NCBI GenBank assembly: GCA_964276515.1
Contig: OZ193909.1
Span: 10,540,001-10,604,000, forward strand
DNA: 64,000 nucleotides
Source of the DNA: Gordius albopunctatus
Taxonomy: Eukaryota
Direction: 5' to 3'
Shown here piece by piece: positions 40,438 to 53,172 of this stretch. Position numbers and translations under genes: made by a program. The first letter of the stretch is position 1, and every line of letters starts with the position of its first letter. Under the pieces are notes generated by a model. The model saw only the letters and a list, made by a program, of their open reading frames with translations, ran no database searches and was not told where the DNA came from.

Positions 40438-41985
40438 CTTTCCATTATCTATTTTTTCTCGTTGATCTTTAACTTTATGTAGGTGTCAATTTCCTTTACT
40501 TTATAAAATTATTTGTGAATATTTTCAGCTATTAGGAGTAGATTTTTTTTGTTCCATACTCACTTGTTTCTATATTAGAAAAAGCGCTAAATGAATGAAT
40601 CAATAACTTGTAATTAATTAATTTTTTGTAATTATTGTTTTAAACAGAACAAAGAACTACTTAGGCTACTACTTCTAAATTATGAATTTTAAAGTTTCAA
40701 AATTTAGGGCCCGGGCCGCCCGTGCAGGTCTCTAGTGATAAGAGAAATAATGGAAAAATAAGCAAAATTTTAAAAGAACCCCATATAAGGGGATTCAGCA
40801 ACTCAAGAAAAATAATAAAAACGCTAAAAACAACGTATTTAACATCGGTTTTCAAAAGATTTTTTGAGAAATTTATAACAAACTGTTAAATAAGTTAATA
40901 AATACATCTAGAAAATTATGTTAATTATGAGTATACATAGATCAGCGTTATTCGGCATTTGATTCAATTTCCTAGATCTCCATCTCTAGAATCTGCGGAT
41001 GACATTTCATAATAATCGGGTGGATTTACTAACTTGATAAGTTGTAAATTGTGTCTTATGGCCACAATTTTGTTTATTTTGTCATTATCTATTTTGTTCC
41101 TGCATTTACACTAACTCGGATCTAGAAAATATGCGACCAAATCAAGTTTTTGACAACCAAAATGTTGCCTTTTTTAATTAAATGATTTATGTTATTGTTA
41201 GTGATGCGGAAAAACCGAGAAAAATCTCGGTCTCGTCTCGTCTCGTCAGAATTTGAAAAATGGAGGCGAGATCGAGACGAGATTTTTTCGGCGAGATCTC
41301 GACTTTTTATGGATCGTTAGATTTTAGTAAATGATTGTGTCTTTTGATTTGCATGATTTACATTTAAGGTAATAAGTATAAATCAATATATAATGGGATA
41401 TATTTGATATTAAAAAATTCCGAAGTGTTGCAAATATTATATATTTTTGCAAACAATTTAAAATTTGGCAATCATTACCTAATTATGGTTGACTTTTAGG
41501 GTATGTTAATAATTGTATAATATATTTATCACATATTTATATCCATAGCATTATTAGATATTACAAAAGTTAAGGCATAGAATGAGTTCTGATAGAATAG
41601 TAAATATTACTAAAGCATGTTTGAATTTCGCAGTTACTCATCCTGTATGATGCGGTAATTATAAATTTGAACCTTAATAAGAAATTATGTGAATACATAG
41701 TTTTGTCATATATTACTTTTCACATTACAAGCTGGGTTGGCTGGTGCATTCAAATTTACTAAAATTACTATAATTGTGCAATATAAAATAAATACACGAA
41801 GCTATTGTATTCGATAAATAAATATTTAATGGCAAAGTTAGTTAGGATTGGAAGGTATTTGGAATATAAATTTGATTATACTGATTTTTGTCACAAATTT
41901 AAATACGTGAACATTAATTTAAAGTTTAAAACCTTATGTTCTTAATCCTATATACTGCTGCTTTTATTGTTGTTTTTATAACGTA

Positions 41986-42194
41986 CTAGCTGTGCCCGGC
42001 CAAGCGTTGCTTTGGCTCAGTCCTTAAGTGGTTAAATAAGTATAACCTATTAATAAGACTACTTATCTAAAATGGGGTCATATATGAAATAATAATTCAA
42101 ATAAATAAAATATCCATAATATTTATTTAGAACACGAATTTTATCACATCATGGATTTTATGAACCCACTATTTTTAGTATATATATAATAAGA
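41986..42194 (-). mobile_element. Short non-autonomous Helitron-like element
   Basis: Minus strand: 5' TCTTATTATATATA... and 3' hairpin GCCAAAGCAACGCTTGGC followed by CGGGCACAGCTAG|T. The base before the 5' TC is G rather than the canonical A. Confidence 0.65.
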
Positions 42195-43124
42195 CAAACC
42201 AAATGCGAATTCTGTTTTAGTCATCAAATCCGACTAAAATTAAATGTTTTTGAAAAAATTGCTGATTTAATCAGGTTACTTATTATACAATAATACCATT
42301 ATTTTATTTTTCTAGTTAGCTGATTTATTTGAAATACAATTTTCTTTAATATAATAAAATAATTAATTGAAGGATGGACAATTTTATTTACACACATGGC
42401 CTATTTGAAATTTCTCAGAAAACATTTAAAAAGGTGAACTTATTACTTCTTATATGGTGTCAGGAAAATTCAACGAAAGGGTGTGGATTGGGTTCTAGAA
42501 ACAGTTTGTTTTCTAAATTACAAGCAAAAATAGTTTTAGTAATTAATATTAAAATAATTTAATTTTAATACCTTGGTGATAGGGTTCTAGAAAAGAATGT
42601 AACATTTTGTTTTCTAAATTACAAAGAGTGCTAGAGCGACGAACTAATATTGACGCATCCCTAGTCAAGTCCATGTTGAAGAAAATAGATGGGTCGCACA
42701 TAACTTCGCTTATATTATTGTAAACCCTTGTTTCCACCAACTATCTTTACAATCAATCAAGCATACATCAAAGACAATTCATTGCACAACTTCATATAAC
42801 AATCATCTATATCCCAATATCTATTCTTTTATATCCATCCACTAATTCCAATTTAAGAGATATCACAGTTTAAGCAGCCTGATTAATCTTGAACATATAT
42901 AACCAGCTTTAAAAGATTAATAAATAGTCTATTATCCATGCCTATATAACAATTGCAAGTATAAATTTTTTTTGATGAAATGATTATCATAACATAAACT
43001 AAATGATGCATACTTAAAATATTCTGCACAATGTAGCCATTGTCCAACTGGAATTTATTTTTTCAGTAATTTAGCTTTAAAGTTTACAGAATAATATGCT
43101 TTAAAATATTCTCATGGTTAACCT

Positions 43125-45800
43125 TAAAGCACTTTGCCCCTCTTGTAAGAGAATCATTGGAATAAATAAAAATTTCCTCTTTTTTTACATGGCCCAACGT
43201 CAGCAAGATGTAAATATTCTGGCCAAAAAGCACCACCAGTAAGTGCGATTCCCCCTATAACTATTATAAGTGATATTGGAGAACAAACATCCCCTTTAAT
43301 AGCAAATGAAGAGGATAATCAAGCAGAAGTTGAAGACAGTCATGCCCTTAATTTTAATGATTACAGCTTGCCACCAAATATTTCACCTCCAGATTTTTCA
43401 TGGAGTAATTCCTTCCTTACTCTCTCCTTTCCTAAGACGTTATCTAGAATTCCTAGAGGGGCAAGACTGGCCGTCCAACAATTTATTATAAATCTGATAA
43501 CGTCCATAACTAATGACCCGAAGAACCTTGCTAATTGGTACAAAATCCTTAAATTCTCATACCACATTCTCTTTATCAGGCCGCCCGAAGACTTAAACCT
43601 ATCTAAACAAATAAAAGACTCCATTGCTACTTTTGACACCAGTACACTCTTATGCTCTTCCCAGAAAAAACCTGCTTTTCCATCATCTTTGAAACAAACT
43701 GCTAAGCTTGTATCCAGCAAAATTAATCATTTTAATCCAAAGGGAGCTCTGAGGGTGTTTTATGGCAACGATACAATCGCCTCAAGCACACAGGAAACTT
43801 ACAACCAGCTTATACTAAAGCATCCTCCTTCGTCATCCTTAGATAAATATCCCTACTCTAAATCCAACATATCCTTAGATTCCGCCGAGGTCGCTGAAGT
43901 CATTAACTCATTTCCCCTAGATTCTGCAGCCGGCCTAGACAGAATCCGCCCTGTATATCTCCAAGATTTACTTAAAATTAATAACCTAAACTCAACATGC
44001 CTCCTAAAGGCCATAACATCGTTATGCAATCTCATTGTCAATGGGGACGTGCCTCATGAAATAATACCTATTTTGTTTGGCGCCAAATTGATAGCGATTA
44101 AGAAACCAGACAATTCACTAAGACCTATCGCTATTGGGGGAGTTTTTAGGAGGATTATTTCTAAAATAATATGTAATAAAATCAAACCGATCCTTTCCAC
44201 TAACCTAAGTCTACATCAATTAGGTTTTGGAATAAAGGGTGGCTGCGAAGCTGCTAGTCATGCCGCTAGGCTAGCCCTCAAAGGCATACCATCGGATCAT
44301 TCCATGGTCAAACTAGACTTTGCCAACGCTTTTAATAGCATTCGTAGAGATGTCCTTATCGAAAATTTTCTCGAGAAATTTCCGGAGTTCCATAACTACA
44401 TCTTATTAAGTTATGGCTCAACATCCTTTTTAAGATTTGGGGGTTTTAAAATAAATTCATCTGAAGGTATCCAACAAGGTGACCCATTGGATCCGCCATT
44501 ATTTTCCTCAGACATCCAATGTTTAGTGGAAAAAATATCGCACGAATGCGACCTAACACTAAATATTTAGTACTTGGACGATGCCACCCTTTGTGGTCAT
44601 CCTCGCGAAGTTTTTAAAGCCATCAAAATTATAAAGAATTTCGAACCAATTTTAAAACTAAAACTAAACGAGACCAAATGTGAGATCTTTCAACCCCCTG
44701 ATTACTCATTATATCCACACATTACTCCTTTTTTAGCAATCGAGAAAGACGCTATGTGCCATCTTGGATCGCCTATAGGTGGTAGAGTTGGACTCGCAAC
44801 TTATTTGGAGAAAAATCTCTCTATTTTAGACTCAAAATTAGATCTCTTAAAGTGTTTGCCTTCACACCACGCTTTTTACATAATGAAAAACTATTTTAAT
44901 ATTTCAAAAATTGAACACTGTTTTCGCTCTTAAAGTGCTTTTTTACACTCGGAAATTTTAAACCTCTTCGAACAGAATATTAAATCTATTTTACAATCTA
45001 TTTTAAATATAAAGTTCAATACTCATAGATGGTTACAAGCTTCCCTACCAACCAAATCGGGTGGTTTAGGGATTCGCTCACCTGCCGCAATATCTCTAGT
45101 CTCGTTTATTTCATCTTACAAATCGGTACAAGATACCATTTTTAAGTTGTATCCAGTTAAAGAAGACCCACTTTTACCCATTGCTTTAGCTATTTGGGAA
45201 AACAATACCAATCCCGGAACACCTTTGCCACAAAAAAATTGGGATGCTGGACTTGTGTTGCGCTCCGTTGATCATCTAATTTCGAGTAGCGATACAAGTC
45301 AGTGTTCTAATTTAAGGTCGTTTTTGTTTGATGGCTCAGGTCACGAATGGCTAGAGATCTACCCAAGCTGTCTCACCGGGATGACGCTGGAGGACTCGGA
45401 ACTTTCGTACTCCATAGCTCTCAGGCTAGGGGTGAAATTTTCGAAGCCATTTATTTGCCGAAATTGCAGCATACTCGTAGACAAACAAGCCAGGCATCCC
45501 TTACACTGCCTGGCAAACAAATTCAAATATGTTAGACATAATAAGGCCAATACCTTAATTCAAAGTGCACTGAAGAGAGCAAATATCCTATCCATCTTGG
45601 AGCCATAGGACCCCTCCTTGGAGGGACGTATGCGTCCCGATGGATCTTCTTTAGTCCCATGGAGCAATGGTCTTCACCTTAAATGGGACTTCACGTGTTT
45701 TGACCTATTCGCCCCCTCTAACTACAACAATGATTCTTTAGCTGTCGCAGAGGGGCGGAAAACTAATAAATACAAAGCCCTATTATCCTCTCAACTATGC
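43125..45800 (+). mobile_element. CRE-clade non-LTR retrotransposon (RT plus restriction-like endonuclease), 3'-truncated, with a few stops
   Basis: N-terminal CPSC...HGP...RC; RT LIAIKKPDNSLRPIAIG, QLGFG..GGCEA, KLDFANAFNSI, GIQQGDP, YLDD; GGLGIR; zinc knuckle CRNC...HPLHC...RHN; endonuclease EP...RPDG..VPWSNG..LKWDFTC.D, ending K..KY. Confidence 0.88.
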
Positions 45801-45829
45801 ATGTTATCGCTAAACATCGCTACCTAATA

Positions 45830-46037
45830 ATATTTAAAACTGTTATAAATCTATTTGATTAATAATAAATATGGCTTTTTTATTAAGCTAATATTTATTT
45901 GCATAAAAAATATATTTTTTCACATCACAAACTCTTTCAGCTGACCCAAACTCTTTCATATATTTTCTATTGATAGGTACCAATTATTTAGCCAAATAAG
46001 TACTAAGCCAAAGCAACGCTTGGCCGGGCACAGCTAG
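45830..46037 (+). mobile_element. Helitron-like 3' end
   Basis: Hairpin GCCAAAGCAACGCTTGGC followed by CGGGCACAGCTAG|T at 46037; comparison with the MITE A copy at ~36004 places the insertion at an A|T step. 5' extent unknown. Confidence 0.7.
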
Positions 46038-48201
46038 TATTTTTAAAAAAACAAGCGAGATTTTTATTCCGTATATATTTTTTTTAAAGTCGAGACGAGA
46101 CGAGACAGAGAATTTTTAGACCGAGACGAGACAAGATTTTGTTTTCGAGATCGAGACGAGATCGCAACACTAGTTATTGTTCTTATAATAAGGCCTTGGT
46201 CCAACATTGTGTTTATTATAAAAGATGCATCCACTACATCGAACATAAATGCTCTGCCGCCCTCTAGCAGTATTTTAGAATATATAAGGCCTAGGAGGGG
46301 CAATAGTAGGGCATGGAACTTTCAAAGTTTTTTTTTCTTGCATTGCGCTTTACATATTTGATAATAATCTTGTCTTTTTTAATAGACTATTTGTGAATTC
46401 ATTTTTTGAGCAAATATCCTTGATGAGCAGGTTCAAGTCATGGGCTGCACACCCAAAACATTCAAGAACGGTGTAATTAGCTTTCAAAAGCTCCCAAGCT
46501 TTTTTCATGTTGGCTTCATTATCTGTACCAACAGCAACTTTTTCTTTGCCAATTCGTTGAATTTTTCACAAATATATTCTCCTTGGTTAAAACCTGTATT
46601 CACACATCCTAAAAATATAGGGCTCGGAGGATTATCTTTTATCCACGCAAATTAGTCGATTTATCACTTATTATTGTCATATTAGTAACAAGATCATTAA
46701 CATTTTTATAATGCTATAAAGTAGTGGTAAACATGATTCTTCATGAAATTTTTTTAGAAGGCCTTAGTAGCTTAAATAATTTTCAAAAAAAACAAATCAT
46801 GAAATATTGGACATGATATGAAAATATAACTAGTTATTTGAATATTTTAATTAGAAAAGAATCACATGTTTTAAGCGCCAATGTGTATTACGAAATAGGG
46901 GGCCGCCGGGGGTTCGACCTGGATTTCGTTTTTTTGAGAGTTGGACCTAGTTTTGGGGTATTGTTCTTAAAAAACTCGTCCATACTTCGTATTAACGTAG
47001 CAAATTTGCTATTTTATAGGCAAGAAAGGAGGAAAAGGTTGAGAATTCCCATGAGGGGAGAGGGGGGGCAATGGTAAAACTTTAAGCATTAGTAGCTAAT
47101 TTAATAACTATTTCATCAGGTCGAAAATGCTCACACAAATAATATAAAATCAAGGGAGATTATGATAATTCCAAATTTTTAATTGCTATAAATTGGTTTT
47201 ATTCGAATAAAAATTTAAAACAACAAAAGCATCCTTATTTGACGTTTAACCCTAAATTAATTTATTGTTTTGGTTATTTAATCAATTGGATATAATCTTA
47301 TATCCATAATACCACCTCCAAAATTTTCATCTTTATGACTAATTTAGTACATAATAACTTCGATTAAATTAATAAGATTATAACAATAAGTTCAAAACTG
47401 TAAATGTAGAAAATTTGGCATAAAATTTTTTACCCCCTTTGTTTTGGAGACAAAATGTTTTAATTGTTTTTATTCATTTAAATTTTAATGATTTTTAATG
47501 GAAATACATCATAGAAAGCTTGATTTGCAAGTTTAAAAAGAAAAAAATCTATGAATAAAACTTTAAGAAAACTGAAATTGTGAAATTTGTGTAAAAAATG
47601 ACAGCTAAAAATTTTAATTTAGTCTCAAATTTAAATTTTTAGATTAAAAAGAAAGTCTTAGCTAGGTATTTAAGAGACGTAATATAAGTTCATGGATATA
47701 TGATTATTTAGTCTATTGATTTCCTAAGCTTCAATAATGTTAACTTTAAATAATATAAAAACAAAATATTGATCGAAGATGTTGCACTTATCAGACTTAG
47801 ACGTGTTGGAAAAAACAAAATGCTGAGAAAAATTTAGGCAAATTGGCACTTTTAACAGTAATGAGGAAAAACAAACATTAAAATCTAAGTTATTAGGTAT
47901 TAAAAATTAAAAAAAACATATACATAAATTTCTTTAGAAAAATAGTTTAGATTAATGGTTCTTAGTAATATATTTAAGAAAATATTGAAATTTTTTTATA
48001 TATTATATTATAGTTGGTGGGGTCCTGGAAGTCGCCAGCCATATAAAACACTATAAATCCTAAAATTATTAGGTAAAACAAGCCAAAATTTATAAAGATA
48101 GTTTGCTTTGAGCTTTGACCCACCTAATCTATGGGCTGAATAGGCATATAGTAAGGTATAGCAAAATTAAACTTACCTTAAAATAATTCTTATTTTGCTC
48201 T

Positions 48202-48363
48202 TGTTACGCTTGGGAATCTTTATTCAGTCCAGGTTTCGAAGGGATACAATAATAGAAAGTGAGTAAGACGTGTATATTAAACGCATATATAAGTTACAAC
48301 CAATTAACGATAATTTGATTGACAATCCCCGGAGGCACTTCGCACTCCTATTACCTCTCTACA
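48202..48363 (-). repeat. 3' LTR of gypsy element
   Basis: Direct repeat of 52992-53172 with a few substitutions and a ~19-bp deletion. Confidence 0.93.
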
Positions 48364-51300
48364 GTTCCCTTCTTTTCCCAGACAAAATCTTTAAGGAATG
48401 CTGGCGGTTTCCGACTACGCTGTAGGTATCTAGGGTCTTCCCTAGGCGTTCCTGACTGGTTTTGAATCTGTTCCCTTGGAGCACTTGTTCCCCTGTTTTG
48501 CATTTGTTCCCTTGGAGCACTTGTTCCCTCTTCCCTTTCTGATGATATTCTTTGTGGCCACCCGTTCTCTTGTCCCAGAGTGGTCCAATCCAGGATTTTC
48601 CGTTTCCTTACTTGATCCACGTGTCGGTGGTGCTTTCTTCCCTGTGCCCATACATCGTTGGAACGACTAACGTGCTTGGCTTTTATCGTGCCTTCTACCC
48701 ATTTGCTTGGACCCAAAAACATGCGTACCCAAACCAAGTCTCCTACGTTGAACATTCGCGGGTTCCCGGTCTCTACCCATTGCTGTGGTACGGTTTCCCT
48801 CAATACCTTCCATTCGGTTCGCATACGCCTTTTTAGCATCACCTCTGCCGGGCTTTTATTGGTTGCGGGGTGTTTTGTAGATCTATAGTTTTCCAAAAAT
48901 CTACTTAGCCCTACTTCCGACTCGTTCCTAATGATGGCTTATTTAATTAATCGTACGTACCTTTATGCCAAACCGTTTGACGCAGGATGGTAAGGGGCTG
49001 TCTATCGCTGATTAATTCCTCTCATCTTGCAAAAATTCTGTAATTCCTGCTCTTTGAATTGTGGACCGTTATTTGATATTAACCATGGTGGATTTGCAAA
49101 TCAAGCAAACGTTTCGGCAAGTTTTTTATAGTGGTTGTCGATGTGGTGTCTTCTAATTTAAACATCTCTACCCATTTCGAATTATTGTCCACCATCACGA
49201 GGTATGACTTACCCTTGAGAGGACCCATGATATCGATATGTACTTGGACCCATGGTTTATGGCTAGGTTGACACTATATCAACGGTGCCTTTTTTCCGCC
49301 GCGGCCGTGTAATTGAAATTCCGGCACCATTTTGCTACGCTCACTAAGTCATCGTCGTGCGTAGGCCACCATATATACTGCCACGTGCATTCGCTTGATC
49401 CCCAAGTGGCCCTTATGTAGTCTTTGGAGTACCGCTCCTCGTAACTTAGCCGGAATTAATATTCGTCGCCCTTTGTAAAATATTATGTTTTTGGATTCAT
49501 GTAACTTTGGCAGGTGTTTTTCGTAGGAGCGTTTTAGACCATACGTGACCATTGTGTTTTGTTTACTTCTAATCCACTCTTTTAATTGACCTAGCCCCGG
49601 ATCTTCCAAGGTGTGTTGTCTTACTACGTTCAATGATATAAACGGATTCGTCGAGTCTTCTGGCATTTACTCGCTAACCTGATACGCGTTTTCGTTCGGT
49701 TTTCTAAACAAGAAATCTACCGCGTTTTCGGATCCCTTGTTGTACTCAAACTTGCTCGTGTAGCCTGATACCATGAGCGCCCACCTAGTGTGACCATTGT
49801 TCCTTGCCCCTTTTGCTCTGATCAAATATATAAACTAGCGGTCTATGATCCGTCATGATAGTCACGCTTTTTCCTTGTATATATTCATTGAACTTTTTTA
49901 GTCCATACACCACCACAAGCGCCTCTCGTTTGATCGTCGAATACTGGCTTTCGCTATCGTTTAACGCTCCTGAAGCATAGGCCACCACTCTCCAATTCTC
50001 TCCCGGTGCTCGTTGATGTAAGATGGCGCCTAACCCTCTAACAGAGGCATCTACGACCAGGCCCGTCTCCCAATCTCCATTAAAGTATGGCAGTACGGGG
50101 GCTTTCGTAAGCGCGGACTTGATGGCTTCAAATGTGCCTTGTTGTACGTTTTTTTCCATGAGTTTCTGAATCGGGTGCACGATTTTGGCGTAGTCCTTAA
50201 TGAACTTTGGAAAATATGTTGTTAACCCAAGGAAGGAATTTATTTCATTTTTGTTTGTTAAATTCTTCCACTGCTTGACTAGCTCAGCTTTATTGTCGTT
50301 TATTTGAATCCCATTGTTACTTATTACGTATCCCAAAAAGGTTACTTCCTTCGCCCACAAAATGCTCTTGGCAATGTTTGGCACGAACCCCCACTTTTGT
50401 AACGTTTCTAGTACTTTGAGTAACCGCTCGTTGTGGATTTCTTCCGTTACCTCTGCAATGAGTATATAGTCGATGTATACTCCTACCCCCTCCATGCCTC
50501 CTAATATTTGATCCATTGTTTTTTGGAAAATCACCGCAGCACAATTTAAGCCAAAAGGCATCCGGTTAACTTTAAATAAGCCCTTGGGCGTAGAGATAGT
50601 CGATCGTTGGCTCGTTTCTGGCCGTAATTCCAGCTCTAAGTAGGCTTTCGTTAGGTCCAGCTTTATAAAAAAACACGCGTTATCGAGTTTATTTAACAAA
50701 TCGTCGATTTTGGGTAAGGGGTACAACAAACCTTGCGCGTGTTTATTTATCGTAAACCGGTAATCTATAGATAATTGTAGGCTCCCATCGCTTTTTTTAC
50801 GGGTACCACGGGACTGGCCCATCTTGAAAAATCGATTGATGCTATTACCCCGTCTCTGACCCATTTGTTCAACTCTTCTTCTACTTCTTTCTTCCATGCC
50901 ATCGGCACCCTTCGTGCGGGGATAAATACGGGATTTATGCCTTCTTTTAACGGCACTTCCACCGTTATTCCCTTGACTCTTTTTGGGAATTCGTTTAGCT
51001 GGCCATCCCATTGCTTTATCACGTGCTGGATCGCGCATTTGGTATCCTTCGGTCTTACCACGTAATTGATCGCGAACCGTTCCCCGCAGCTCTCGAGTTC
51101 CAACGTATCCGACGCCAGATTTCGGGCTCGAATTCTTGGATCCAATCTATCCCACACAACGGCGGCCCCACTACGTCTGCTAACAATAACGACAGCTGTT
51201 TCCTCGTGTTATCCATTCAGACCCCGGCTTGTACCTTGGCTACTATCTTTATTTCCTCGTGGCCGTAAGCGTACACCGTCGGGACGGGCTCTTTGTTGCG

Positions 51301-51409
51301 TGGGATCTCCTTCGCCCATCTTCGCTCTGATATTATTGAGACCGTAGCGCCCGTATCAACGATACATTGGTACAACTCGTTATTTATATATATATCTACT
51401 GTTAACTAG

Positions 51410-52292
51410 TGTTGTGACGGGCGCGCTAGATAGCGCGCCCTAGGGTGTGCTGAGGGGGTATTGTAGTTTTATGAAAGAGAGCCACACCCACACTGTTAGT
51501 CTCTTTTTCTGGTGAAGACATTCAGTGTGGGTGTGTTGAATACCGACCACTAGCTAGTCTATTATTTTTCCATAGAGACCCGTTGGACCATTAGATATAT
51601 GGTAAGGCGGTGTTATTAGCTAGTTGTTATTGTCATCATCATCAACACGATGTGTGCTGTTGTTGTGCGTGCAGTGAAGTCAAATTTGTTAATCTAAGCT
51701 ATCCTATCTATTAAGTGTAAGTAAACTCATATTAAATTAAAGACTTTGCTAAGTACCGGACAGGACATTCAACTTTTACTTTTATTATAACAATTAAGCC
51801 AGGGGCTTACGCAGGATTGTATTTTTTTGACTAATTTTTATCTGTAACAAGTAAAAGCACAACAAACATTCGATTTCAAAAAAAATATTTATATCCAAAA
51901 AAATAGTTACAAAAAAAACGTAACCATGAAAATTTTATAACCCCTTCCTTCAAAAAAACCTTCTTATGTTTCTAGGTTTCTATAAGTGTCTTAAAGTCTT
52001 TGATGTAAATAAACTATAATATTTTAACCCATTTAATTTAGTTATTAATCAAAAAACTTCTCAGGAATTTCCCGTCCCCACTCCCCCTCATTTACGCCAC
52101 TGATTTATCCACAGTGTTACTATTTTATGTTAAAAAAAGTAAATAGTACAAAGAACTATTTACCCCCTCATGCCTTATTTGTTTCATTAATGTGATGGTT
52201 AACGTAAATAAGGTAATGGCACACGTGGCCGTTCTATTTTCTACAAATTAGGACCATGGGAGAGGGAATTAGTAAAAAAAAGGGACCTTACA
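51410..52292. mobile_element. Solo-LTR-like insertion into the gypsy gag-protease junction, containing a small MITE (~51800-52102)
   Basis: Begins TGT, ends ACA, flanked by CTAG on both sides (51406-51409, 52293-52296); gypsy coding relics resume on both sides. Confidence 0.6.
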
Positions 52293-52991
52293 CTAGGCAA
52301 GCGCGTATTACGATGGACCTTTATGAGGGTGTGGCTTCTTAGTTTTTCTTTCTATTAAGGCTTGGGTGTAAAATGGCGCCCCGCATAACATCACTACTTT
52401 TAACACATCTAAAGCATGGTTTAACCTGGGAATCCGGGCCGGCCCAGGGCACGCTTCTCGTCTCGCCACTACGCTCCACGCCTCTTCGGGCCCGTCCTGC
52501 AAGGTGCTTAGCCCCCCATTTATCGTCTTGGCCGTGAACGCTAGCTCTCGTATGCTGTCCCATTTGATGTCATTTTCGCGCAAACCTATAATGAATTGTT
52601 CGACGATTCTGTTCTGCAATTCTTCGTTCCCGAAGTTTCAGCTGTTAGCTCCAGCCTTGAGTCTATTAGCGTATCTATCGTCTCTCCCTGCCCTTGTCGA
52701 ACCTTTGAGAATTCATACCTCTTTGCCCTCGCGCATGAATTTCTCTGGAATAATTTTCTTAACCGATTTTTAGCTTCTTCATATGTAATTCCTGTCAACT
52801 CTTGAGGACCATAATCCTCTAGTATTAATTGGAATACCTCCCCATCAAGGCTGGTTAATAATAGAGCTGATTTTTGCTCATCTCTCTCCGTCTTATTTTT
52901 CCTTAGGACTAGCTAAAATTGTATTATAAAAGCGTCGATATTCGCCGTTGTTTTATATTTCTGCATCTCCGCGTAGGTTTCACGATGCTAC

Positions 52992-53172
52992 TGTTACGCC
53001 TGGGAATCTTTATTCACTCCAGGTTTCGAAGCGATACAATAATAGAAAGTGAGTAAGATGTGTATATCAAACGCATATATAAGTTACAACCAATTAACGA
53101 TAATTTGATTGACAAGACACAGGTAAATAACGTGTCCCCGGAGGCACTTCGCACTCCTATTACCTCTCTACA
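52992..53172 (-). repeat. 5' LTR of gypsy element
   Basis: Direct repeat of 48202-48363; followed on the minus strand by a decayed PBS-like GTAGCATCGTG and the gag start. Confidence 0.93.

Larger units (their letters stand above)
37960..40734 (-). mobile_element. MITE family B (hAT derivative) hosting a mariner and a family C MITE
   Basis: Right terminus TGCAGGTCTCTA at 40734; inverted match to 53798-55156; the other TIR is missing. Confidence 0.8.
41199..46172. mobile_element. MITE family A with both ends, expanded to 5 kb by nested Helitron ends and a CRE-like element
   Basis: TIR TAGTGATGCG / CGCAACACTA; perfect 8-bp TSD GTTATTGT (41191-41198, 46173-46180); GAGACGAGA repeats at both ends. 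Confidence 0.92.
40790..46750 (-). pseudogene. Decayed hAT transposase gene split by the 41199-46172 insertion
   Basis: Minus strand: GTDNEANMKKAWELL (~46480-46530), GCAAHDLNLLIKDIC (~46410-46455), LLPLLG...LLEG, and beyond the insertion VAYFLDP (~41115-41140). Confidence 0.78.
48202..53172 (-). mobile_element. Full-length degenerate Ty3/gypsy LTR retrotransposon
   Basis: LTRs 48202-48363 and 52992-53172 (TG...CA); 5-bp TSD GCTCT; polypurine tract at 48364-48380; gag fragments 52308-52970; protease VDTGATVS (~51340-51365); RT KLDLTKAY/RMPFG/YIDY; RNase H VDAS..DHRPL; integrase LHKGHLG, NGPQF, PYHPASNG; GPY/F-like tail. Confidence 0.95.
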
